From: a virus
Taxonomy: Duplodnaviria > Caudoviricetes
Reading direction: 5' to 3' (one strand)
Length of the DNA stretch: 64,000 bases
Virus record (IMG/VR): IMGVR_UViG_3300028591_000174
Coordinates: 1 to 64,000 of that record
The notes under the pieces are model-generated. The model did not search any database. It was not told the origin of the DNA and worked only from the letters and a program-made list of their open reading frames with translations. Each line of letters opens with the position of its first letter. Position 1 is the stretch's first letter. Both the position numbers and the translations under genes were made by a program. Below are positions 48,501 to 60,000 of this stretch, piece after piece.

Positions 48501-50293
48501 AGTTAGTTAATGCATTTGGCGAAGTAATTAAAACTAAGTCTGGAAAGACATATAAAACTTCTGAAATTACTTTTGATGAAAATGGCAGAATGTTGGATTC
48601 TCTTGGTAATGAAATTGCAGAAGAAGTAGAAATTACAGGTAATCTCTTTGAGTTTATTAAAGGTGAATTGCCACGCTTGAGAAAAGAGTATCACGAAGCA
48701 ACTGTATCTGAAATTAATAATAAGTTCTTAAATAAGATGCTTTCTCAGGTAAGCGGAACAAGCATTCTTGCTGGAATGATTTCAAAAGAAGGAATTTCTG
48801 ATGCAACTAACTTCGTTGCCAACAATCCAGATTATGCAGAAGCGATTCTTCGTTCATCTCTTGTAGAGAAAAAGGGTAAATTTAGTTCATTAAAAGAACT
48901 TTCTATTGAGGATATCCTTTCTAATTATTCATCGCGAGATTTAAGACTCAAACTAGCAGAGGCTAAAGGAGATAAAGCTGAAGAAGGTAGAATAAAAGAT
49001 TCTATAAAACTTGTCGAAGATTCACTTAGCGATTTAGGCATTATTATTCAAACATTCATCGAATCTCCTGTATTCCAAGGGCTGAGAACTGGCATGGCAA
49101 ATCAAAACCGTGACAATGCAGTTATGTCTGCTTATATTTCAGCCAAACAATATGCTTCACACGGCTTAGCTAATCCTGATGAAACTCAGCCAAGATATTA
49201 CGAAGGTGAACGAGGGAAGCGTAATAGGCTATTCGAATTATTTACTGGAACTGAATTAAAATATGACCGCGAAGATTATATTGCTCAGGCTGTAAAAGAC
49301 CCAGAATTCAGAAAGAAAATTAATGCACAAAGGCGAGAGGCAAGTATTGAGGACAGACGAGCTGCACTTGCTCGTGGTGATGAGAATTATGGCATAGAAC
49401 TTCTTCCAGAAGATAATGAAAGTATTCTCAAGATGACTAATGAAGAACTTGCTAAGATGCTTACCACGAGCGAACAGATTGCAGTTACTTGGGAAAAATC
49501 ATCTGGAGAATTAGCAGAAGGATTCCAAAATATTGGTAAACAAGGAAGTGAAATATTTAGAAGTTTTGCTTCTTCTGCAATTACTTCAACATTTGAAACT
49601 TGGGGTAAATACCTTGGTGACAGTTCAAAGGCATCTGAAGAGATTGAAAAGAATCTTGTAAACCTTAGTTCTGGCTTGATGAAGAACATGGGTTCAATGC
49701 TTACACAGGCTGGTCTTTCCCTTGCAATTTCAAGTATTGGTGATAAAAAGAAAGTTATAGCAGGTCTTGCAATTGCTGCCGCAGGTGGCGGATTGTCATT
49801 CCTTGGTGGTATGCTTGATCAAGATAACGATGATAACAAAGAGGATGATACATATCAGAAGTTACTCAAAGTAAAACAAGACCTTGCAGACCTTCTCAAA
49901 CAGGCTCGTGAAGATGCTATTTACTACGAGAACACTGTAAGACATAAGAAAGCCATTTCTGCCAATGACTATCTTACTAAGAGTGTTCACGATGCTATTA
50001 TTACACCTCGTGGAGATGTAGTTACTACTGACCCTAAAGATTATCTTATTGCTACAAAGACTCCAAGAACTCTTGTGGGTGGCGGTGCTCCTACTATCAA
50101 CTTTAATGTAATAGATAAGTCTACAGGTATCAAAGTAACTCAGCAGAAATCTACTTACAATGAAGAGACAAATTCAATCGACTTTGAAGCAGTTATCGAA
50201 AGCAAGGTACAGGAAGTTATCGCTACTTCTAAAGGTGATGAGGCATTTGCAGCAAGACAGGCAAGATTAAACGGAAGAACAGTAGTCGCATAA
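45563..50293 (+). CDS. tape measure protein
   Basis: 1576 aa helical; tape-measure domain (YAVKSPFG...IGDTAGG...NYAQI...DMRQFAYAGIPI). Confidence 0.92.
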   Translation: MEVSVVEQELRVKAEQAIKEMNKLTASAQGYAAQLANISNYLDQINKKSLSNINKQINNVTHSNNIANQNIGTNYDFGNHRKAAKSSTGAVMVSDTGREKVFRDYEQAIIDETIAIRKDIERRTKLRKQRADAELVRNQNTSAAIAKREDKSSQAYSDRQDMLAQAQLLRARAAQQGALNRNWKYQAGRGLQNLGGIVGGIGTGGRMVGLGLDTAGAMLKAPALGATAAITNLAKGISDLSKEAVKSFAEIESIKTQLGVVFSNQTQADSVFGDISQYAVKSPFGVQQTSELAVLLKQSGVYASDLMNTLKMIGDTAGGNMEKMKRIANNYAQIVSIGKASMLDMRQFAYAGIPIFEAVSKELGVSQQELRKLISDGKVTSDIIEKVFKDLTGINGIFENATEKGAKTLKARLQNLQDAKQLAFSEGGQLLTNFGAKTGNDSFANKFVTWAENFYQYVKDNINTKNIQTDVAIIARRNDRIETLKQLIKETDKKELKETYRRELEQELKKIDLDAERNKYALSYDSKMGRLEKAYEALSGYSVNDPTLRLAALNLLSGPQQGRSYASLNQYSEEYKGMSQSELEQLSSLFKELVDAINANSTLTNEDIKANRERNLIAEQQLAFDQENKRADQTNSLNSKFQELYELYKGSDEYQKKEEDKKIKSLTEAKEVLKQLVPKADENGLVDMSKFSMLEFQKYDAQGAFVPGGKFDVVRGNNPTNKEDMAALRSQFTYAMSEASKYLNLYDSRTSTALTEQLKDLNSNLDDNAYLDKFSETFNAVRDIMNVAKVPGNVRNQILGWITSATMSHEVTVGGENANPNDVTKGPKFVPLWERILSGATGLTTNGMTDTLSTMANYRDDMAVRNMTSGVLTATMKSMGIDKAMSLMRTKSAVQLAGDSGKTFQIDWQATKKAIKDFSTQLSASTEVITAYKKGLEDELNTYEQLVAAGYTQAESTDLGSQKFVSTKKLEQLALGNSSQLVNAFGEVIKTKSGKTYKTSEITFDENGRMLDSLGNEIAEEVEITGNLFEFIKGELPRLRKEYHEATVSEINNKFLNKMLSQVSGTSILAGMISKEGISDATNFVANNPDYAEAILRSSLVEKKGKFSSLKELSIEDILSNYSSRDLRLKLAEAKGDKAEEGRIKDSIKLVEDSLSDLGIIIQTFIESPVFQGLRTGMANQNRDNAVMSAYISAKQYASHGLANPDETQPRYYEGERGKRNRLFELFTGTELKYDREDYIAQAVKDPEFRKKINAQRREASIEDRRAALARGDENYGIELLPEDNESILKMTNEELAKMLTTSEQIAVTWEKSSGELAEGFQNIGKQGSEIFRSFASSAITSTFETWGKYLGDSSKASEEIEKNLVNLSSGLMKNMGSMLTQAGLSLAISSIGDKKKVIAGLAIAAAGGGLSFLGGMLDQDNDDNKEDDTYQKLLKVKQDLADLLKQAREDAIYYENTVRHKKAISANDYLTKSVHDAIITPRGDVVTTDPKDYLIATKTPRTLVGGGAPTINFNVIDKSTGIKVTQQKSTYNEETNSIDFEAVIESKVQEVIATSKGDEAFAARQARLNGRTVVA

Positions 50294-50329
50294 ATTAAGC
50301 TCTGTTTTTTCTACGGCTAATATACTTAT

Positions 50330-51103
50330 ATGTATATTGGCTGGCCTACTAATGTAAATAAGATTGTCCTCGACTCTACAAACGTCACAGTTGGCGAAGG
50401 TGCAACTGTACAGGATAATCTTGAGTCTGGTGGAGAAAAGAAGTCTCGTCTTGTAAATGCGAATCCGGCAGACAAATTTAATGTTACTATGGAGTTCTCT
50501 TTTGAAGAAGATTCAAAAGATGAAAATAATTATACAGAGTTAGACCGCTTTTGGATTTGGTACAAATATCGTCATTGTTATGGCACTAACCCATTCAAAT
50601 TTCCTGCAATTTTGATTAATTCAAATCATCAGGAAGGAAACTCTGTAGAAAGCAGAGAGCACGCCGCTAATGCTTACAACAATCAGCAACAGCCTGTTAT
50701 TCCTCTTACAGAAGCAGATATCCCAGATACAGAATATTACAAAATAACCTCAGCAGCAAACGCTGATAAAAGCGGTCATTGTATGCGGGTTTCTATGACT
50801 TGGGAAACTGCGGCAACAGGTCCATATACAATTCCAGATGACATTTCTGAAATTAATAGAATTGAAGCCCACAATGGATATGTTGACGTTTATCTTACTT
50901 CTACTCCAGATACAGAACCAAGTGAAAATACATGGACAGTTTACTTTAAGAAAGGAAATCTGGATCCAGAGGTTCTTACAATTAACAACGTTGTTTTTGA
51001 TGGTGATACAATTGCTCGTCTTTATTTCACCCCAGAAACTGAAGCTGGAACTTATACAGTTACTATTGGAGAAGAAACTTCTCAGTTTGTTATTGAGGTG
51101 TAA
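50330..51103 (+). CDS. distal tail protein-like
   Basis: Follows the TMP; beta-rich with a C-terminal Ig-like segment. Confidence 0.55.
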   Translation: MYIGWPTNVNKIVLDSTNVTVGEGATVQDNLESGGEKKSRLVNANPADKFNVTMEFSFEEDSKDENNYTELDRFWIWYKYRHCYGTNPFKFPAILINSNHQEGNSVESREHAANAYNNQQQPVIPLTEADIPDTEYYKITSAANADKSGHCMRVSMTWETAATGPYTIPDDISEINRIEAHNGYVDVYLTSTPDTEPSENTWTVYFKKGNLDPEVLTINNVVFDGDTIARLYFTPETEAGTYTVTIGEETSQFVIEV

Positions 51104-51106
51104 AAA

Positions 51107-51652
51107 ATGAAAAACATAAATGCAGTTGCACTTGAAGAGATTTGGAAGAAAGATACTGACGGCCACATTCCTGTTCTTATGGAAATATTCAATCCAGATA
51201 TTAAATGGGAAGATGGTTCTCTTGAACAGGAGAATATGTATCTGAGAGTAATTGATGACTCGAATCCTGTTATTTATAAGGGTAAAAAATACCTCGCCTG
51301 TAAGTTTAATTACACACCGCCAGAAGAAGACGGTAAGTCTATTGGACAGGCTTCGATTACTCTTTCTGCAATTGATTCTCGTGTTGTCCAGTTGCTTCGC
51401 TCAGTGGAAGTTGAATGTGAAATTTCAGTTGTTGCTGCATTTGCGAAATCTGTAACAGTTCTTGAAGATGAAACAGAAAGAACGACATACAAGTTTTATC
51501 CTCTTGATGAACTTAAAGGTAACTTGCAGTCGGCAAGTTATAACAGAGTCACTGCACAGTTAAATCTTTCTTCTAAGAATGTACTTCAACTCAATGTACC
51601 TCGTGCAATTGCTACAAAGGATAAACTTCCTTCGGTGAATATGAATGGCTGA
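51107..51652 (+). CDS. minor tail protein (DUF1833 / gpL-like)
   Basis: LRVIDDSNPVIYKG..Y.A..F....P...GQASITL pattern. Confidence 0.7.
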   Translation: MKNINAVALEEIWKKDTDGHIPVLMEIFNPDIKWEDGSLEQENMYLRVIDDSNPVIYKGKKYLACKFNYTPPEEDGKSIGQASITLSAIDSRVVQLLRSVEVECEISVVAAFAKSVTVLEDETERTTYKFYPLDELKGNLQSASYNRVTAQLNLSSKNVLQLNVPRAIATKDKLPSVNMNG

Positions 51653-52040
51653 TTTATATGTAAATGATTTGATCGGAGTACGTTTCAAAAATCATGGCCG
51701 TTCGATTAATGAAGGCTTTGATTGTTATGGACTTGCGATTGAAGTTTCAAAAAGGCTTGGACATACGCTTCCTGATTTATGGTATCAAAGAGCGTGTCCA
51801 GAAACATTCTCAACCCACGTTGATGATGTTTATAACCAGATGAGTTCTATGGTTGAAGAAACTGAAGAACAGAATCTTGGAAACCTGATTTTATTTGGTG
51901 ATGACAAAGGAAGAATGGTTCATATAGGAGTCATTCTTGAAGAAGGTGTATTTATTCATGCTGATAATGGTGGTGTAAGGGTAACTGCACTTGATAATTA
52001 TTACAGAAAAATATGGAAGGTGTACAAATGGCTACAGTAA
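51645..52040 (+). CDS. NlpC/P60 tail tip protein (gpK-like)
   Basis: GRS...GFDCYGL, HIGVIL...FIHA. Confidence 0.88.
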   Translation: MADLYVNDLIGVRFKNHGRSINEGFDCYGLAIEVSKRLGHTLPDLWYQRACPETFSTHVDDVYNQMSSMVEETEEQNLGNLILFGDDKGRMVHIGVILEEGVFIHADNGGVRVTALDNYYRKIWKVYKWLQ

Positions 52041-55000
52041 AGTTCTTGAATAATATTTTTTCAAATGATGTAAAAACTTTCTCTGTAAACGAGGGTACAT
52101 CTATTGATGATATTCTTAAACAAAATACAAACGATACTGTTTACGATGACGTTCTTGTTGAATGTTATGATCTTGAAACTGGAAAAACATATTATGCTGC
52201 TATCTGTGAAGATAGAGAAACATTAAACGCAGTTGTTCAGGTAAACGGAAAAGATGTAAGCCTTGATTATGAAGTAAAAGTAAATGACATTGTAGAAATT
52301 GTTATTACACCTTCTGGTGGTAAAATAGGTGCTCAGATTGCAGGTGCTATAGCTGGAATATTCATTGGTGCTATAGCAATTGCTTCTATTGCAGTTACTT
52401 GGGGTGCAAGTACTGGTTTAGTTGGTTTCCTTGCTTTTGTTGGTGGTGTCGGTGGAGGTATTGCCGGTGCTAAAATTGCAGGTGATGCCTGGGATATGAA
52501 ACATCAAGGAAATGGGTCATCAACTAAAGGTAAGGACTCTGAAAGACTTCCTGATGTTCGTGGTGCTACAAATCAGGTATTAACTGACCAAGCATTTCCT
52601 GCCGTATTTGGCAAACATTTGGCTGCACCATTTATAATTGGTTCTCCGTACAACGTTATTACAGGAAATCGTGGACAGGAAAATTATATTCATGTTCTTT
52701 ATGAGATTGGATATGCTCCATTAAGAATTACAGATATCAAACTTGGTGACCAGTATCTTGCTCATAATAAAAGGTGGTCTGGCAATCAGTGCATGAAAAA
52801 TATCTGGTCCGGCAAACTAGAAGGTATTGATGAAGGAACGAACCATTATGATATGGAGTACTTTCAGCAGAATACAAGCATTCCTTTATCATCAAGACCT
52901 CAAATTACAGCAAGCCAAATGATTGCTGCAGGTTGGGATGTTCCAGATGACGATTCAATTTATACTGTATATTCCTCTTCATATTCAAATCAGAATGGAA
53001 CAAAAACTGTTCTTGTAACTCCTATTCTTAACAATGGGACTGTTTTATCACCTGCTCAGCTTGAAACAGATGCAAATAACATTCTTTCGGACCAATCTGC
53101 AACACATGATGTTCTTCTTAACACCTTTACAGGTACTGACTCTATTGGACAAGCAGATGAATATGCAGAAGAACTACACGCTGCTCAAGGAAGTTATTAT
53201 GGATTAAGTGGAGATATTGTAAACACTTGGAAAAATAATGATGTATCAGTTGAGATATTACAGCAGATTCCAGGTGAAAATGTGAATTACGGAGACGTAT
53301 ATCCACACGCAAGAATTCAAAATGACATCAATGCTGATGTATTGTTTATTGCTGACGGTTCTCTTGAAGATATTGATTCTGGTAAAAATATTTCATATAA
53401 GGGGGTTGGTCTTAAGGATGGCTTAAGAAATAATCCTATATACTTTACAGAACAGTATCCTAAATCTGCTACTGTAGAGCTTGATTTTGCACAGGGTCTA
53501 TATAAATCAAGAAGTGAGACTTCAGATGAAAAGAGTGAAGTAAAGAATTATAAGATACCGATGTGGATTGGTCTTCAGTGGCGTATTTACTCTGATGATA
53601 ATCCTATATGTGACGGAAATACAGCAGGTGATGATGTTCCGTTCCCAACATGGAATCAGGAAACAAAGTCTTACAATCCAGTTACATATAAAGGAAAGAC
53701 TGGTGTTATCAGAGGCTGGAACTCTTTTGATTCTATCAATAATACTGTAAATGCAACTGCTTATACAGCAGAAGATCGTTACCTTGATATTGCTGCACAT
53801 ACTGGAAATAACCTCAAGAATGAAAAAACAAGGTCTGGTCAAACTGAAACTACAGTTACGATAACTGGAAGTATATCATATTTACCAGCTCCTTATGATA
53901 CTAATCCTTACAAATTAACAAATCTCACACTTGCCGTTTCTTCTTCTTATAGTGATGTTATAAAACTTCAGGCTTATGATAATTCTTCATGGATAACAGT
54001 TCTTGAATTACCAATCGGCGGTTCAAGTACATCTGTTCCAAGTACGTCTGTTCCTAATAACAAATGGCGTATAAAGATTGGAGAGTGGACATCAGGTGAG
54101 TTCAGTTTAACAGGTTCAACAAAAACTATCCCAATTTCTGGATATGTATATTCTGCAGATATAAATAATAACTGGCTTAATTCTAAAGCATTTAATCTTC
54201 AGTCTTTGGGTGGAGACAATGAAGATACAGATGGTATTAATGAAATCAGATGTATAACATCTATTGATTTTGTTGAATGGTCAAGGGCAAATCTTCTTTC
54301 TGAAGATGAAAGAGAATCGGAATATGTTGAAGATATTCTTGCAAATAAAATGAGATCTTATTTTTATGACGGAACAAACTCAACCAAGTCTATAGAAGTT
54401 CGCGTTGTAAGAATTTCTCCATGTTATCTTGATGAAGTTAAATCTACAAAAGAAAAATCTGCATTTAAATTTAATGATATATTTACCTGGAAAACACTGT
54501 CATCAACAATGCTTGATGGCGATGCTCTTATTAACAAGAGTGCTATCATTCAGAAAAGACCTTTGTCAGAAGAGTTAATGAGAGGACATTGTATTTTGTC
54601 ATTAAAGGCAAAAACTGATACTGTAGACCAGTTATCAAACACAATCAGAAAACTCTCTTGTATCGCAGAGTCTTTTGCACCTTATTATGATAAAGAACAA
54701 AAGAAGTGGTTCCCGGAAAATGTTGTAAAGCAGAAGCGTTATATTCGTTATGATGCAGGAAACAATGTATGGAATGATATCACAGAACAGGAATATTACC
54801 AAGACCGACAGAATAGACAGACTGGAGTTAGGTCCAAATGTATTGCTAATGGTAACAACTTTGTTTCTCAGATTATTGATGTAATCAATACAAATGCTCA
54901 TAAAGATGAGAAAGGACGTATTTTTATTCCAAATGATGATATGGACAATGGACAGTATAAGACTGGCTGTGATGGTACATTGAAATATTGTAATAATAAT

Positions 55001-57085
55001 GTAGCGTCAATATTTATGCTCGCAGGTATTGGACCTCACCTTGGAAAAGATGCTTTAGGATATACTCAGAGTCACTTTGATGTAAATGGTATTGGTGATT
55101 TTAATATGCTCTCAATGTCAAAATGGCATAGTTGGGCTGAAAGGGTCACAGATGGTTCTACTTATGCTTCAGATGGCTATCATTATAATCATAAAGGCGT
55201 AAGAATTCATCATAACAAAGGTGATTTAGTTGAGGTATATTTTGCTGCAAACGCCTATGTTTATAATCAGGAAACACTTGAGTCAATCTTTGCTAATATC
55301 TCAATTGCAGGCCGTTCGGTTTATACGAAAGATAATAAAGGCAGAATTACAGTTGTTATTGATAAACCAGAAAAATATCCTGTAGCACTTATCAATCAGC
55401 AGAATACTCTGAAGTCTTCTTACACAATTTCATATGCAGAGTCACCATCTGGAATCCAGGTTTCTTTCCCGGATGAAGATGATGGTTATGAAACAAATCA
55501 GCTTTATTGTATGGCCGATGGTGAAGACGAGAAAAACCCATTCGGAGCAATTGAACCTTATGGATTTAAGTTCGTTACAAACAATATACAGTTATGGTCT
55601 TTAGGACGATACATTCTGGCAAATAGAATCCTCAATAAAGAAGTTGTAACAAAGCAGCTTGGAATTGAGGGTGCTTCTATTACTCTCGGCGATCTTGTAC
55701 TTGTACAGGACGATACAATGCTTATAGGCACTGATAATGGTGGTAGAATCACTCAATTGATTGAGAATGAACAGGGTATTTACGGTTTTGTAATAGATAA
55801 TATGTATCACTTTACTGGTGAGACTGAAATCGTTGATGGAGTTGAAAAGAGTTCTCAGGGCGTTGTTGTAATGCAACCATCTCAGTATAAAGAGTCGAGA
55901 ATTATCACATTACGATTGATGAAAGATGGTGGAACTGCATATGTAAATGGAGTTCTTTATACAATGACAAAAGGAATGACAAATACAGTTTTATTTGATA
56001 TTCCTATCTCAAAAAATGCTGATAATCAAGACGGTTCAGATTATTATATCTACAAGCCTGAAGCTGGAAATATGGTTGGCTTTGGAAAAATTGGAAAGGT
56101 TACTTCAACTTATAGAGTAATAAAGATTAAGGCTTCAGAAAAACGTACTTATGATTTTACTCTTATGAAGTATCAAGAGGACTTGTATAACTACGGTGCT
56201 CAGTTACCTTCTTTCCAGAACCATATGACAATTCCAGATAGAAGCGGCGAGAACTCATTCTCATTGTCAAATAATGTAAATCAGAATGATTTGACAAAAA
56301 GTCTCAATGAACTCTCAGATCAGGTTCAACAGCAGATAGGAACAATAACAAGTTATGAATGCTCTTTGTCTATGTCATCAATTGGCTCTGCAGTTTTAGG
56401 CAATGTATTCAAAGATGGTTCAATTGTTGAAGGAACCCTTTATTATAAAGATTTTTATGGAACTTCTGGTCAGCAACCTACAACAGAAGGTGGCACAGGA
56501 ACTGTAATTGATGGTATAATTAACATACCTGCGGTTCAAAACGCTGATAAACATATTGTAAATATCTACTCAGATGCTCAGTATGAAAACATTGTTTGTT
56601 CAAGTTTTGTTTCGTATGGTGCTACTGGAAGTGGTTCTTCTTCTTACTGGCTTATATGTGATGCAAGTTCTGTTAATAAAGATGTAAACGGAAACTTTAA
56701 TCCAAGTTCTATTAATCTTGTCGGAATGACACAGAGTGGAACTTCTGCTCCAACTACATATTCAGGAAGAATTGGAATTGCAGTTGATACAGGCAGCGGA
56801 TATGGAAATGAAACTACTTATGATGATTATTCAAAGACGTTTACAATTCCTGCTAACACTAAGAAGATAAGATGCCGTCTTTATCTTGCCGGTGGAACTT
56901 CTGTTAAACTCGATGAAGAGATTGTAACAGTAACAAGTGACGGCGGATATCAGGATTACAAGTTTGCAGTTGGGGCCTTCGACCTTGATGATACTGCACT
57001 CAGAAATCTTGATTGGCAGGAAACACCACCACCTACAACAGAACAGGCACCTTGCTTATATATGGCTACTAAGTGGATAAACTAG
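52013..57085 (+). CDS. central tail tip / host specificity protein (gpI-gpJ-like)
   Basis: 1690 aa; ubiquitin-like N-terminus, TM/Gly-rich segment, PAVFGKH, GDLVLVQDD; probable start ATG 52028. Confidence 0.8.
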   Translation: MEGVQMATVKFLNNIFSNDVKTFSVNEGTSIDDILKQNTNDTVYDDVLVECYDLETGKTYYAAICEDRETLNAVVQVNGKDVSLDYEVKVNDIVEIVITPSGGKIGAQIAGAIAGIFIGAIAIASIAVTWGASTGLVGFLAFVGGVGGGIAGAKIAGDAWDMKHQGNGSSTKGKDSERLPDVRGATNQVLTDQAFPAVFGKHLAAPFIIGSPYNVITGNRGQENYIHVLYEIGYAPLRITDIKLGDQYLAHNKRWSGNQCMKNIWSGKLEGIDEGTNHYDMEYFQQNTSIPLSSRPQITASQMIAAGWDVPDDDSIYTVYSSSYSNQNGTKTVLVTPILNNGTVLSPAQLETDANNILSDQSATHDVLLNTFTGTDSIGQADEYAEELHAAQGSYYGLSGDIVNTWKNNDVSVEILQQIPGENVNYGDVYPHARIQNDINADVLFIADGSLEDIDSGKNISYKGVGLKDGLRNNPIYFTEQYPKSATVELDFAQGLYKSRSETSDEKSEVKNYKIPMWIGLQWRIYSDDNPICDGNTAGDDVPFPTWNQETKSYNPVTYKGKTGVIRGWNSFDSINNTVNATAYTAEDRYLDIAAHTGNNLKNEKTRSGQTETTVTITGSISYLPAPYDTNPYKLTNLTLAVSSSYSDVIKLQAYDNSSWITVLELPIGGSSTSVPSTSVPNNKWRIKIGEWTSGEFSLTGSTKTIPISGYVYSADINNNWLNSKAFNLQSLGGDNEDTDGINEIRCITSIDFVEWSRANLLSEDERESEYVEDILANKMRSYFYDGTNSTKSIEVRVVRISPCYLDEVKSTKEKSAFKFNDIFTWKTLSSTMLDGDALINKSAIIQKRPLSEELMRGHCILSLKAKTDTVDQLSNTIRKLSCIAESFAPYYDKEQKKWFPENVVKQKRYIRYDAGNNVWNDITEQEYYQDRQNRQTGVRSKCIANGNNFVSQIIDVINTNAHKDEKGRIFIPNDDMDNGQYKTGCDGTLKYCNNNVASIFMLAGIGPHLGKDALGYTQSHFDVNGIGDFNMLSMSKWHSWAERVTDGSTYASDGYHYNHKGVRIHHNKGDLVEVYFAANAYVYNQETLESIFANISIAGRSVYTKDNKGRITVVIDKPEKYPVALINQQNTLKSSYTISYAESPSGIQVSFPDEDDGYETNQLYCMADGEDEKNPFGAIEPYGFKFVTNNIQLWSLGRYILANRILNKEVVTKQLGIEGASITLGDLVLVQDDTMLIGTDNGGRITQLIENEQGIYGFVIDNMYHFTGETEIVDGVEKSSQGVVVMQPSQYKESRIITLRLMKDGGTAYVNGVLYTMTKGMTNTVLFDIPISKNADNQDGSDYYIYKPEAGNMVGFGKIGKVTSTYRVIKIKASEKRTYDFTLMKYQEDLYNYGAQLPSFQNHMTIPDRSGENSFSLSNNVNQNDLTKSLNELSDQVQQQIGTITSYECSLSMSSIGSAVLGNVFKDGSIVEGTLYYKDFYGTSGQQPTTEGGTGTVIDGIINIPAVQNADKHIVNIYSDAQYENIVCSSFVSYGATGSGSSSYWLICDASSVNKDVNGNFNPSSINLVGMTQSGTSAPTTYSGRIGIAVDTGSGYGNETTYDDYSKTFTIPANTKKIRCRLYLAGGTSVKLDEEIVTVTSDGGYQDYKFAVGAFDLDDTALRNLDWQETPPPTTEQAPCLYMATKWIN

Positions 57086-57094
57086 GAGGATAAT

Positions 57095-60000
57095 ATGGCT
57101 TTACCAGAAGGTTATGCTATTTCAGCACTTACAGGAAAAAAAGGAGCAGACGGAACATCTGCTAAGTTTATAGAAATAGAAGCACCAAACGGACTTGTTT
57201 TCAAAAACGGAAGTCCTAATAGTTTGACACTTAATGCCATTGCTATAGGCTTTACTCCAAGTTCTTATAAGTGGTATAAAGACGGTACTGTAATCAGCGG
57301 TGCAACTTCACAGACTTACAATGCAACTACAGCAGGAGTATATAAAGTTGTCTGTGGAGACTATTCAGATATCACAACAGTAATTGCAGTGTCTGACGGA
57401 CAAGATGGTACATCACCTTATTCCTGCTCTGTAAGTAACGAAAACTTTACAGTAGCAACTGGCACAGATTTAAAACCTCTCTCTGCGACAACTTACAGCG
57501 TAAAGTTTCAAGCATATAAAGGAAGCACACAACTTTCTCCTATTGCTCCGTCAGCAGCTATTGCAAGTGGTAAGTTTAAAGTATCTACTCCAAATGCTTC
57601 TGGATTCACTGTTGCACAAAGCACAGCAGGAACATTGACATTTAAGACTGCAACTGGCACTGCTATATCTGCAAACCTTACTGTATCTGTTACTGTAACT
57701 TATGATAACGGTTCGACAGAAACAAAAGTAATTACTATCTCTGCAAGTAAAACTGGAGCAAAAGGTGAAGATGCTTCTCAGATAGGAGAGAACTTACTTC
57801 ACGATTCAAAACTTTTTGGTTCTGTATATGGTTCTTCATATCCATATTATAAATACATTGATAATGGTGCTCATACAGCAAACGCTTTCAATGGATTTAC
57901 ACAGACTTACTGTAACAATTCTAGTGGAACTTCAACAAAAGATTTTTTAGCTTGGAAAAACATCAAAGGTTTTACTCTTGGTGATAAATATACATTAAGT
58001 TTTTGGGCTAAAGGAAGTGGAAAATTTTATACTTATTGGTATGGTGATTCTGGTTACGTTCAGACTAAGAGAATTGCATCTTCTGACGGTCAGGCAGCAG
58101 GCAATTTTGGTGATGGCTCAACTACATTTACTCTTACATCAGAATGGAAGCAGTATTGGGTTACTTGGCAACTAAATACAACAGGAAATAACACAGTATC
58201 TAAGATTATTCTTTTTAGAGCATACGCAGATGCACAAGTTTATATTGCAGGCCCTAAATTTGAGAAAGGAGAAACAGCAACTGCTTGGGTTCCTCATGTT
58301 GATGAATATAAAGGAGAAACTGGCAATACAGGAACTAAAACATTTTTCTCTGATTACGCAAGAACATGGACTAACACAAACTGGAATACTTATAAGACAG
58401 CAGGTTATGCAACTACATGGAATAACAGTACCGTTGAAGGAATGCGTGTTGGCGATATATTAGTCATAACTGCAACCTTATCTGAGCAGGGAAATATTAT
58501 TGGTACCGTCTATACTCAGATAACTTCAGTGCCAAGTTCAAAAGTAGATGGATATTACAAGATTGGTTGTACTACTCTTTACGGTATGGTAGGACAACGT
58601 GGTCAAACAGGTGCAACAGGTACTCGTGGAACTTTAACTTTTACAGGTACAGAAATCTATAATATTAGAGCAACTGCTGTTGTATATACACTTACAACTG
58701 CGAGTACAGGGATTACTAGCACTAATATGAATATTCTTGTAGGTGACAGATACATTAACTCTCTGACTGGCGATGTATGGAAGTGTACTACGGCAGGCAC
58801 TGCTTCAACTGCTAAATGGACTTATGAGGGTAGACAGGCTAAGGATAGTGATAGTTCTAACCAATTCAGATTCTTTGGAGAAGGAACTAAAACAAAATAT
58901 AACACTGGCGGAACAAATATATCACAGACAGAAGTTACTGGTGAGGGTCCTTTTGGCGGTAATACTTCCCTATTGAAGATTACTCGTCCTGCTAATGCTG
59001 CCTCAAATGGCAGAGTAACACCATATTCAAAAACCATAAAACTTGAAGCTGGTGTAAGTTATCGTTATGCCTGCTACGCAAAAAAAACAAACGATGGCTT
59101 TATTAATTATTTTGGTTGTAGAGGTTGGGAACAGGTTTCTGAAACAGTAAAAAACAGTCAGATATTAGCATTAAATGGTAGCGAAATAAACAGTGGATAT
59201 TTTGTAAGTTCTAAAAACTTCGGAACAGTAGGTAGATGGTATCTTGTAATCGGATATGTAACCGCAAACGGTGTAACTACAGCACCTGCAAATGATGCAG
59301 GTGTTTATGATATGGTAACTAAACAGAGGGTTGCAAACTGTATTAACTACCAGTTTAAAAATATTACTGAGTTTACTCACAATGGAACTTTGATTGAGTA
59401 TACTGAAAGCTCTTCAACTCCAACTGTTGAGAATACTACATATATCTATGATATTCGCTTTGATAAAATGGATGGAACTCAGCCTACCTTAAATGAACTT
59501 TTGAATCTTGACAGTGAAGCAAAGGGAAAAGGAACGTGGGCTAGTGGTACAAATTATATTATAGGCGATATTGTTTTTTATAGTACAAATGGGTGTTCAT
59601 ATATCTGTAAATCAAGTCATACGTCTTCTAGTTCTATTGTACCAACAAACACAACTTATTGGGATAAAATTGCAGATAAAGGTGAAAAAGGTGATAGAGG
59701 TTTCTCATCACGCACAATTGCATTTAGAGTAAACTATTCGGCTTTTTCTACAGCAAATGACGGAGAAGTTTATGTATGTGGTTATAATGCAAATGGTGCA
59801 GAAGCAGATACATATGGCTATGTAATTATAAACGGAACTACATATTATGCTAAGGGAATGTTGAATAGTAACTGTGCTATGAATGGTTATATGGCTATTC
59901 AGAAAAGCGGTGCAACAAGTTCTGGATCTCCAGCAACGCCAGTTTATGTTTTTGAAGATGGCTCAAACACTTGGTATCAAGTTGCAAATGGTTTAACTAC